NCBI GenBank assembly: GCA_037447605.1
Contig: CM074805.1
Coordinates: 1,707,361-1,771,360 of the forward strand
DNA: 64,000 nucleotides
Direction of reading: 5' to 3'
Source: Zygnema circumcarinatum SAG 698-1b
Taxonomy: Eukaryota > Plantae > Zygnematophyceae
The notes under the pieces are model-generated. The model made no database searches, had not been told where the DNA came from, and saw only the letters and a program-made list of their open reading frames with translations. The position numbers and the translations under genes are program-made. Of the stretch, positions 53,168 through 64,000 are shown one piece after another (positions within the stretch are counted from its first letter, which is position 1; each line of letters begins with the position of its first letter).

Positions 53168-56100
53168 ATGGCGTGCCTCTGCAAGCACTCTGCCGGCGTC
53201 GTGGGGCAGGAATTGGTTGCGGAGCGACCGAGGAGCGTGGTAGGGAGAGATGCTGCTGGAGAAGGGCGGAGGAACTTGCGGAGAGGCTTTTGCGGGGAAG
53301 GCATTTTGGGAGCTTCTGAAGGGGGAAAGGCTCAGAAGGGGAGGAGGGTTCGCGTGACGGCTGTTGTTGATTATGAACGAATGAACGCTGCAGCCAGCAC
53401 GAGGAAGCAAGGTGAGCCAAAGCTATGCATTCTGCAGCAACAGTAGCTCAAGACATTTGCTGTTATTTTTATATGGGTGGCTTGGACCACGCTATTGCTT
53501 GTAGCTATTTGAGAAAGCATCATGACTGATCCTAGACAAATGCGGAAGAAAACATCGTCCGGCATATTTTAATGATCTCAGTAACAAATGTCGTTAGGTG
53601 AGAGGGTATCAAACAATAGTGGGGTACGCCAATTGGAGCTGAGTGCCTTGCATTTGAATGAGCCTCAAGGAGTCAATGGAAACCATTATCATTGCAAGAA
53701 TACGTATGACCTTAAAATTGATCGTAGCAAATGCCAATCTGATGTTGATTTGGAATATCATCGGTCTCGTAACCTTTGTGATACTTTTATGTCGAAAGTT
53801 ATATCAATCTGAAGCATGTAGGTATTTTTTGACCTGCCTACGCAGAGGTCACACTTTTGGACTATGGGGCTGGAAATGTGCGGAGCGTGAGGAATGCCAT
53901 CAACCTCCTTGGCTACAATATTCGTGATGTAATCCACAGCCCCTTAACCCACAGTCCGTTTTTCTAACCCGGCATCTTCTTCACAAAACTACCTTTCAGT
54001 CGAAGTCCTTTTCGTAGACAAATTTATCTTTTCTTCATCATGTTTTACCCTGGTCTAGCATTTTAGGCTGCCCTTTTTTCTCCTCGAACCTCCTGGGGTT
54101 TGGAATGAAGGGTGTCATTTTTGCCACTATGTGCGCTGCTTCACGAATGCTTGTCGCACGCAAGGTTTATCAAGTAATTGCTTTACCGCAAGTTCTTTCA
54201 TTTCCTGATAAATTGTAGGCAACGCTGGTCTGTTTTATCAGCGCATTTGTCAAGCATTCGACTACGGCTTTCTTTTAAAGGTGATAGGTGTGTTTTGCAG
54301 AAGAGTTTTTTGAGGTAGAGAGGTAGTGATAGGGACTTATTTGGGGGTTGCCCAGGTCAGGTCTGCACAGCTGAAGACATTCTGAAGGCAGAGAAGCTTA
54401 TTTTCCCTGGAGTAGGAGCCTTTGCGGCTGCTATGGACGTGGTCAATAATAAAAGGTTTGTCGTTTAACTTTGTAATCGTTCAGCCAAATGGACAAAGCA
54501 AAAAAAGTGACAGCCGTTAGTTGATAAATTCTTAAAATACTAATGTGCAGCTTGCTGTATGAGTGCCGATTGTCTGCTATAGCTTCAGATGAGAATATTG
54601 CTGTCCCAGTATCTAAGCATCATCAAGCCCAAACACTGACAATTGGTGGGCGTTTATGGTTTATGCGTTACAGAATAGCTGAAGCTATCCGGGAGTACAT
54701 CCGTTCAGATCGTCCATTTTTGGGAATCTGCCTTGGAATGCAGTTGCTCTTTGAAGGAAGCACAGAGTTTGGCTCTGGTGAGGACTGGATGCTTGTACCG
54801 CCGTTTCCAGTGCTTGGTCCTGTCTGGTCCGTTATATGCAATATGTGAGGTCAAGCTTACTTTTGGTGACCTTTGGAATGAGACTGAGACAATTTTTTAA
54901 ATTGTTTGACGTTTTTGTGCCGGTTGCTTGCAGTGGAAGGTCTTGGCATCATCCCTGGCATTGTAGACAAGTTTGATACGTCCTTGGGCATCCCTGTACC
55001 GCACATTGGCTGGAATGGCGTAAATCTTCAACAGTCAAGCTCGAGTCTGGAGGGAGTAAATGGTCGCCATGTGTACTTTGTGCACTCATACCGTGCTGTG
55101 CCTGTACGCTTCTGCCCTAAACTGGGTAACGTAATACTGTAGCTGGTGAAGTTCCAACTTCTAGTCAAGTTCTCGATCTGCTTATATTTGTGGTTCATGG
55201 TGACCGATGCAGACAATTCTGCTGTGCTTATATGAACACGCAGTTGGTAGCATGTTAAGAGCAAGTTAAGTTCACAAGCAATTGTTGTGTTCTTCGAGCT
55301 TACTCATTTACCGTGGATGGAATACATTGCTGCGCTTATGATGTACATTCAAAATATGTGCTGATTGGAATCTTCTTGGCATTTGACAGAGTGACGCCAA
55401 TAAGGAATGGGTGTCTTCAACAACCACTTACGGCGGTCAATTCATCTCTGCTGTAAAGAAGGGAAATGTTGAAGCCGTACAATTCCACCCAGAAAAGAGC
55501 GGAGGTATAAAAGCTGAGAATTGCCTAACTCTTTATGATGACCTTGTGGGTTGGTCCTCCCTTTTTCTGAACTATCAGCGCTATGCATACTTCCGCTTGA
55601 TCTTAGACGTCTTTCGCTAGAAAAATGAGACAGAAGGCGCTGTAGTTTCTGCCTGTAAAATAACGAAGGAAAAGAGTCGCAACTACTGTTGTTTATCATG
55701 TATCACCTATGGATCATTCCTGCTTGTTCTCTACCTGCTGTTTGTTTAGCCCCAAATGGAAGCGTTTGTGTTGTTGGCAGTGGTGGGACTGGACATTCTG
55801 CGACGATTTCTGGGACCTGTGCGTTCAGAGGCTGCAGAGGTAATGATTCCATATGATGTCGCTAGTTTGTGGCAACATTGTGTGGTGATACTGGTCGTTC
55901 AATGAATAGATTTCTAGCACTACAAGGAGACGTAGACCATTCTCATTGGTTTTCTATCGTCTCCGGTTTTGAAAAGCCTCGGCAGGGACTCTGCTTTACC
56001 CGATGGAAGTTGTGACTCATTGAAGTAGAGTTGTTTGGATGTGATGGTTCTGTGTCCAGGCAGTTGCAAAAGCCTCGACGGAAGCAATAGGACGAAAGCC

Positions 56101-59100
56101 GGCATCTGCTCTAGCCAAGAGGGTAAGCATCTTTCTTTAGCACAGTTCATCCCTTCAGCTTTGCCTTTTTTGGCGTTTTTAACCCCGTCATTGTAACAGA
56201 GGAATGAGCTTATCTGCAAGCTTGTGCTTGAACTCTAAGGATAGCTGTTTAGCATGATCGAATCGTTTCGGTTTATATTTCTTTGTTCAAGCAAGCACGT
56301 GATGGTTGAGCTGCTGGTGCAGGTGATTGCCTGCCTGGATGTCCGCGCAAACGACAGCGGAGACCTGGTGGTCACGAAAGGAGATCAGTACGACGTGAGG
56401 GAGAAAAGCTCAGAGGCTGATGTGAGTGTATTTACATCACTCCATGCTTACTCCCACAGTGAAACCTGCAGGAGTGTTGCTGAAGGGACTTCTTCATCCT
56501 TCTCCTTCACTCGCTTGAAACTGTGTTGTGCTCCGACTACGCCATCGGAGTATCGAGGATTGTAATGCTACAAGAAAGCGACAGGCCTTCCACTCAGAAG
56601 ACAGAAGTGCCGAAATATTTTGAAGACTTTGCGTTATTGATGTTCTGAGCTTTGAAGCTTTTGCAGATGTTATTGGTTTGAGAATGGGCAAGGCTGGGTT
56701 CGTCATGTCTTTGGTTTTCCGCTTATGGTGTATGATTTTTCCATTTTTGTGCTGTATCGCAGGTACGATCGTTAGGTAAACCAGTGGATCTTGCACGCCG
56801 CTACTTTGAGGAAGGTGCAGACGAAGTAAGTTTACTGGAGTCACTTGGATTTTCATGCCAAAAAGCATTACTGTCTAACATGTGCTTTCTATGAAAACAT
56901 ATATGCAGCTCGAATGCAAGACCTTTGGCGTTTCAAGGAAGGGAAGTTTGCAGCGTTGTTAATGTCCATGTGCTAGGGTGGCAGGTGACATTTCTTAATA
57001 TCACAGGATTCAGAGACTTTCCCCTGGGCGATCTGCCAATGATGGAGGCAAGTCCCAAACCCTCCATTTTCACTTTCCACATTTTTCAGCTTTTCGTTTG
57101 CATCTGCTATGCCTGTCCATGTCCTAGCTAGCCTAACTCATTTGACCCTATTTTTCCTTCGTAAACATGAAGAGAAAGTGGTCTGAAATGTCTGATGAAA
57201 ACCCAACCTATTCTGTGTGTACTTGAGGGTGGGGATTGAGCAACAACTTCTTGATCTGACGAGTTAAATGACTGAGTCACAAGAGTGATGATTTGTGCAC
57301 CATTGCAGGTCCTGCGAAGGGCATCGGAAAAAGTTTTTGTGCCATTGACTGTTGGAGGGGGCATCCGCGACTTCACAGATAAAGATGGCGTGTAAGGCTT
57401 ACAAAATTGCAATGGAGATCGATGCAAGTAGCAGAGCTATCATGTGATATTACCCGCGTTCTAGCATTGTAGTGACATGCAGGGAGAGGCTTTCCGCGAA
57501 CCTGTGCAGAGTGTACTCCAGCCTGCAAGTAGCGACGGAGTACTTTCGGTCCGGTGCCGATAAGATTTCTATTGGCAGCGAGGCAGTCTACGCAGCAGAA
57601 GAGTTTTTGAAGACAGGGGTGAGTGGTTCTGAGCAATGGGTTGACATGTTAGGGTATGAGTAGACCACCTAATGTCCTTGGTTGAATGTTTTTGCCCAAG
57701 GCTGTTATATCAAAGGGCTTGCAAACTGCTGAAGTGAATGAATTTCTCAGCGGTAGTATGGTCCTTTTCCCTAAGGCATAAAACTTTTCTGGACTGCTCG
57801 TCTAGAGTTTGCAGACAAAAATTTAATCGTAGTGTGTTTATTGCAGCTTTCTACCCAGTTGTTTGTGAGCAGCGGAAAGGGTTGCACTGTCCTCATTTTT
57901 TTGGCAAAAAAATCGTCAGAAACTCTTCCTCTAAAGGGGGTGTAAATTTGTTTCATCGTAATGTTTGCAGAAAAAGGAAGGTAAAACTGGAATCGAGCAG
58001 ATCTCCTACGTTTATGGAAATCAGGTACAGCTTTTTATCCCCTTGTGTGAGAATTTCAAAGACTTATTATGAGCTTAAAAGAGTTTTAGAGAATGAATCA
58101 CTGGTTTTACTGTAGTTCTATCTCAGCGTCTTGGCATGGTCCTTCTTCTTTGAATGCTGTTGATGGTCCGGGTGAGAAAGTGAACAGTATCTTTGAGCAC
58201 TTTGAACTGGATTTCTTTCCTTCACAATTACTTATCAGTTATTCATTAGTTTCTGGAGGACCTTCTCATAGCTGAAACTAGTGCACTCTTCGAATTTTGG
58301 CAGGCAGTAGTTGTAAGCATTGATCCTAGGAAGGTTTACGTGAAGGATCCGAGCGATGTACCACACAGAACCATCAAAACCAGTCAGCCCGGTAAAGTCA
58401 TCGTCTTATCACCCTTCGGTCACTTGTTTTACCCGTAGGACTTTTTTCGAGTAAGAAGTCAACAATGTTGCTCACTGTTGGAAGGAAGAGCCAAAGTAGA
58501 TTGTTTATTCAAAAAGGACGGTCGAGACAGTTCGCTTTAGGTGTCATTTTTTAACTTAACTTCGAAGTTGGGAAGCTGCAGGTCCAAATGGTGAGGAATA
58601 CGTTTGGTATCAATGCACGGTGAGTTGCTCTTAACTTTGCTTCAGTCTGAAATGCGAAGTATGTATGCTGATTCTCAAGTGCGCAGCACGTACCTTTGAT
58701 CACCGATTGTCGCAGTATGCAGCTTGGAACATCACTTCATTCATATCGGTGTAAAAAATCATAAGAATTTTTCCTCCTAAATCTCTGCTCTATTGATGCA
58801 ACAGGTGAAGGGTGGACGGGAGGGCCGCCCTATTGGAGCTTATGAGTTAGCACGTGTGGTAGAAGAGCTTGGGGCAGGAGAGATTCTGCTTAACTGCATT
58901 GATCGCGATGGTGCGTGTCCTTTGAACAATACCACACCTATCTGTCTCGTTTCTATTCCTCTTTAAAAACAACAATTTCATCCGTTTTATTTAGTTTGCG
59001 TAAGGGCAGCAGAAGCCTTCGAAGGTGCTTGCTGATGTTCCACTGTATATGCATGAATTTCAGTGAACAGCGGCACTTGATAAGTCTCTTGGCCTCTGTC

Positions 59101-59829
59101 TGCTTTCATCTTCAAGCTACTGTCATTTGAATTTTATAGGCCTCAGGGAAATATAGAACACAAGACTGCTACAAAGAAAAGTTCTAATGGTGTCATGACA
59201 ACTATTTAACAAATGAGCAAGCGGCTTGTTGCATTGGGTACTCAACTATTCTCCCTTCAGGCTATTATCGGAGAAGGTCTCTGGTCCGTTCCAACTAAAT
59301 TCAATGACCATTTTTTATTGTCTCCTCTTTGCAGGCCAAGGTGATGGGTTCGATGTCGACTTGGTGAAGATGGTTTCTGAAGCAGTTTCCATCCCTGTCA
59401 TTGCAAGCAGCGGCGCGGGATGCCCCGAACATTTCTCCGAAGTATTCCACAAGACGAATGCTGCAGCAGCTCTGGCTGCAGGCATCTTCCATAGAGAGGA
59501 GGTGAGTGGCGGCACCACCCCTTGTTGTATGGGAGCCACCTGAACAGCAGAGACTAGGAGATATGGGGGCAACAGAAGACTCTTTCCAGCCTATTAAGGG
59601 AATGCTATAATACCCACGTTCGAAGGTTGAAGACTCGTCGAACCAATCTTTTGTGTTGGTGGGGCAGTTGAAATGGCTGTATGTTGTAAGCAGCTCTGCG
59701 GAAACTCTTTCAGAATGGAGTGAACTGCGGAGTTTTGCGGAGAGCTTACTTGCTATGAATGTGCAGGTGAGCATCGCCCATGTGAAGGAGCACCTCGTGG
59801 AGGCGGGAGTGGAGGCTCGAATTGCTTGA
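53168..59829 (+). CDS. HISN4: Imidazole glycerol phosphate synthase, fused glutaminase-cyclase (HisH-HisF), plastid-targeted, ~18 exons
   Basis: Transit peptide exon 53168-53411; [104 protein letters not shown]; ends VEARIA*. Confidence 0.95.
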
Positions 59830-60804
59830 CCATTCACCTTATGTCTTCCCGTCATATGAATCTGTTTCTGAATAATGGTAGTGACTCGCCTTCAATAGAT
59901 CGGCCTGCTAGGGCATATATCTCCCTCGGAGAATTCAATGCATGCAATGATCACGAGGGAGTGAGTGATCCGCTTCGATGCGGAGCGCAGCTGTGAACTT
60001 AATAGCTAGATGAAGTAGTTGATGCTGTTGTACTCGATGGTTTTGTCCAATAAAGGTAAGCTCCTTGATGACGTTTGGGTCATCGACGCCACCTTTCAGT
60101 ACTTCTTTTGTTCCCTTTGAGCCAATGCATACAGCCATGCACGTTCACATGAGGGGCGGCTGGTCTTGTGAGGAGATTGCTGTAGCATGGTTAGTCCTTA
60201 CGCAGGGTTGCGAGGGATACCTAATGCAAGCGAAATGTAAGAGGCCTCAACGTTTCAAAGCAGATGCCTAGATTCAGATGCCAGGTACAGATGAAACATT
60301 GACTTTAACAATGGTAAAAAAAGGGCAGAATCTTTCTAACAACATATATAGTTTGGCTACTTTTGAAAGCCAGCTTAATCGCGATGGCCCAACAAGCAAC
60401 AGCAATTACAAAAAGCAACATGCAACAAAACATCGAAAAGAGAGAGCGAACCCTCCAAAAAATAATATATGGCGACTGTTCACATGTGAGTCTCCCGTTC
60501 AAAATTTAGTCAGACGGATTTCGAAACGGGGGCCAACTGCGTGCATGGAACCGCCACGGCCGGCGGCAGGGAAGCGGCCGTCGGCTGAAGCGGGCTCCGT
60601 CCTGAAGCGGAGTCGCCATGGCGGGCGGCGCGGCTTCAGGGAGGGCCTTTGGAGCTGCCGCTTGGACTCTTCTCTTCATTAGAGGGTGGAAGAAACAGGA
60701 TGCGAATCATCTTGGCTGCTTAGGAAAGCTTTTGGAATAGCTGCATGCTGGTCGCGGTATAGATATTGAGAGAGGGATATATTATTTTGTATTGGAATTG
60801 GAGG

Positions 60805-63800
60805 ATGGACCCGCAAGGAGGAGGCAACGGGACGGAGGATCCTGGAGGTAGTGTTTTCTTTCCGGGGATCATACCTTGCGGGCAGATACCCATACCGAAC
60901 ATTCCAAAGGGAACTGCGTATGTGGCAAGCGTGTCACTGATGGTTCAGATCCTGATGCTGGCGATAACATTCATAGTCGGACACATCTTGCGCCGGAGAA
61001 AAATTCTGATCATTCACGAGGCCGGAGCAGCTCTTGGATTTGGTGAGCCATCATTGCGTTTCTGGGTGCTGCTTTGATTGAATGAAAGGAGTTGCGGAAG
61101 ACAGACTTGCAGCAACGACCAAACAAATGGGACGAGGTCCAAATGCAAATGCTGAAGGTTCAGTTTCGATTAGTCATTTCGTCATTCGCAGATCACGAAA
61201 ATGACTCCCGTATTCTTTGGATATATTTTTAGATCAAAAAATCAACTACGAATGTTGATTGTAGATTGTCGATCGAACGAAACCACTGTCTTGCTAAGTC
61301 TGCAGTCATTTTCTCTCCCCTTTTTTTTTTTTTTTTTAAAGTCTATGGCCGTGACAAACAGATTTTTTTTTACTTGCAATGCAGGGGTTCTGGTGGGTCT
61401 GACCATCACCTTTCTGCGACATGCCACCGAATTCAAGTAAGTTCTTAAGGACGCTTTAAAACAGTATACAGCCTAATTCCTGGTTAGTTACGCCGATTGT
61501 CCTTTTAAATAACTCGGGCCAGTCTTTGGAAATCATTGTAAAGCACTCTGTTTTATAAAAATAAAACTTTTTAATAGTTTACGACGATAAGTCCAATAAG
61601 TCTTGATGCGTATTGAGAGCGCCTGCAAGCTAATGCACCAGTAAAGAAAATCAAGTCGATGCAGATTTTTAGTCTGATCTGCTGTAGCAGTCAATGTGAC
61701 TCTTAATGGATGAATGTGGCTCGGATATGAGGTAGGCATGACGATTTTTTGTGATTGCTCGGACAGGCAGTGGATCAACTTCAACAATAACTTTTTTTTC
61801 TACTTCCTGCTTCCCCCAATCATCTTATATCCTCTATCCGATTAGTATCACTTGGTCCCTTCGTATCTTGTATCTTCTTGAAAAAAAAGCAGATAACATC
61901 TGGAATGGATCAGTGGCGGATCCAGGATCTTTGCTGAGGGGGGCTAAGCCCTGTTTCACCATAAAATACATAAGATAACATAAGAAAGTTGAATTTTCAA
62001 AATCTGAGGGGAGGGCTAAGCCTCCCCAACTCGTATATGTAGGCCCGCCCCTGGAATGGATAGGCAGTGAGTTGTGGGGCATCAATGCATCTGGCAGCGA
62101 AGCAGCAATCACCACAGGCGGTTTTCATTTGGCTTTTGTCTCCATGGTCGCACTAGTGCATGCTCTCCAATGCTACGTCCCTGTTTCAAACACTAATGGT
62201 CGAGGTTGCACAGCACAATGTTGAGTGGAAAGAGAATTTTGTTGCCATGGTGCTTTCTGGTGGATTTGGGGCGCTCATTGAGGCATTCAATACTGAGGCC
62301 AGCTAAGAATGAGTTGGACTCTCATACGAACGGTTCCTTGACTCATCTTCCGCGCACCCAGTCAGGATGGGAACTTAAATCGGTGGGCTGCAATTTCAAA
62401 ATGCTCCTTTAGAACAGTTCTGTGTGTTTTTGCTTTGCGTGAATGTTTTGAGCTTATGGGGCTGCTCCGTATGGTGATGGTAAAGCATGCACTGCATTAT
62501 GGAGCTGACGTACGAGAGCTTGCATGCCCATCTTTTACTGTGGAAAAATAAATTCATGGAAATGTGTTTGCAGATACAACCTCTAGTTGATTTCAGAATT
62601 GTAAATCAGCTTATTGGACGAAGAATTAAAGTTGTATTTGTGCAAAAGCTAGGTCTGTTTATGAAAACTAGTGGTTTACCTTTTAGACCCTGGCCATGAC
62701 ACAGAAAGTGGCTTTTGGTCTAAGAGCGACTCTTGATTGGTGATTCTGGTTTTCCATTGTTTCTAGAAGGAAAAAATACCTAACTATACTCCTTGGCTTC
62801 AACATGCTCCCATTGATGCATTGAGAGGGATTAATTGAGACTCCACAACTCTCGTCGCTGTCACAGAAAACCTTCTTCAGAAACTTTGGTGCAATCTGTT
62901 CCTTCGCCTTTGGTGGAACTCTCATTTCAACGTTCATCATTGGCTTTATGATGTGAGTCAGAAAAAATCGCGATCACTGTATTTGTGAAGGCGCAGGTCG
63001 CATGTGCAGGCGTTTCTCAAGCATAATATTGCTTTGGATGATTGCGTACTGAAGGGAAAACCCAGCAACAGAGTTCCCGAATTTCTTCACTTCCCAGCAC
63101 TTTTGAGCAATCCCACTGCACTTCACAATCTATTGTCAAGTCAAGTGCAGTGGGATTGACTGTCAGCAACTTTCAATAATGCCCAAAATCTGCTTTTGTT
63201 GCAGGTACGGAGTGGGGCAGCTTCATTGGGCCCATCAGATGCCCATCCTCGTCTGCTTGACCTTCGGAGCTTTGATTTCAGCCACAGATCCCGTCACAGT
63301 GCTGGCCATATTCCATGTAAGTTTGAGCTTGCTCTACCCCATGGAATCCGTGTCCAAACATGAGCTGGACGTGAGTGGTTGAACGTTAGAATGAACCCAG
63401 CATGGGATAATCTTCTGCTGATTGAAGCAGTCAGTGGACCTGCCAATGGTTGGTTCCAGGAATTGGGAGTTGACGCCAACCTCTATGCATACGTATTCGG
63501 AGAGTCGGTGCTTAACGATGCGGTAACAGACCGAATCATTCAGACATTTGCTTCAATCTTCATGACGACGCTTGCATGCACTGAAACATGTCATACTGGC
63601 TCGCGTGCCTCGGATGCATGGTCACACCTTTGGACATCTTGAGACGTTCAATAAGACAAAGATACGCAGCGGAGAACAAGAGAGTGAATCTAACATGTGC
63701 CTTATGTTTCTGATTTGTGTTTGTGATTTTTTTCGGCCACGCATGCTTGCCTCTCTGGTAATCCTTCAAGGTTGCCATTGTTTTGTATAGGTAAGCACAT

Positions 63801-64000
63801 GACACCCCAGTGCGGCTGTATTTCCTATGAAGAAAACTGTCAGTATTGTCAAAGGCTTAGAAACAGATAAGTTATCTGCCACGTGCACCCCACTCTCTCT
63901 TGACAACACTCCACTGTTTTACAGAACTATTCTTTCCTTCATCAACAATCCGATCAGTAATCGTGGCATCCTTGCGGCTGTTTGGTTTTTCATCGTCATT
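60805..64000 (+). CDS. NHX: Endosomal Na+(K+)/H+ antiporter, NHX5/NHX6 class, 3'-partial
   Basis: QILMLAITFIVGHILRRR, FFFYFLLPPIIF|QSG, KTFFRNFGAICSFAFGGT, FGALISATDPVTVLAIFH, VFGESVLNDA|VAIVLYR; includes 25-nt (62358-62382) and 20-nt (63771-63790) micro-exons. Confidence 0.93.
61827..62357 (+). other. U12-type AT-AC intron in NHX
   Basis: Donor ATATCCT at 61827, branch TTCCTTGAC 62334-62342, acceptor AC at 62356-62357; restores PPII-TT|C-CAG-TCA-GGA (F-Q-S-G). Confidence 0.92.
61911..62053. mobile_element. 143-bp hAT-type MITE
   Basis: 8-bp TSD GAATGGAT (61903-61910 and 62054-62061); termini CAGTGGCGG / CCGCCCCTG; internal repeat TGAGGG(G/A)GGCTAAGCC twice. Confidence 0.88.

Noticed and set aside
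53168-59829. HisH-HisF fusion as a novelty
   Set aside because: The fusion is standard in plants and fungi.

Overview
Eukaryotic nuclear DNA, intron-rich and gene-dense, most consistent with a streptophyte green alga. Support for that placement: BIN4, fused HisH-HisF (HISN4), plant-type COA6 and CMP-Kdo synthetase, and an NHX5/6-type gene with a U12 AT-AC intron; the species cannot be resolved from sequence. I can reconstruct 13 protein-coding genes plus one truncated copy, in order: SAM methyltransferase (5'-partial), PPIE-like RRM protein, CMP-Kdo synthetase, COA6-like, ankyrin+RMT2-like methyltransferase, RNA Pol III largest subunit, GDSL esterase (intact copy plus an inverted 5'-truncated copy), BIN4, HOP/STI1, an unknown coiled-coil protein resembling fungal Mug135-C proteins, nuclear-encoded plastid-type rpl22, HISN4 and NHX (3'-partial). 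Most notable structures: (1) an ~8.7-kb inverted duplication of the GDSL locus with a Tc1/mariner-pogo-type MITE at its centre and a telomere-like array at its inner breakpoint; (2) two oppositely oriented arrays of a 19-bp hairpin palindrome (TGCGCCAACCATTGGCGCA) whose core recurs as a 19-bp-period minisatellite 26 kb away; (3) an unusually high share of GC-AG introns plus two U12 introns, one carrying a hAT MITE. Exon coordinates and counts were read by hand and may be off by a few bases; no database searches were run.
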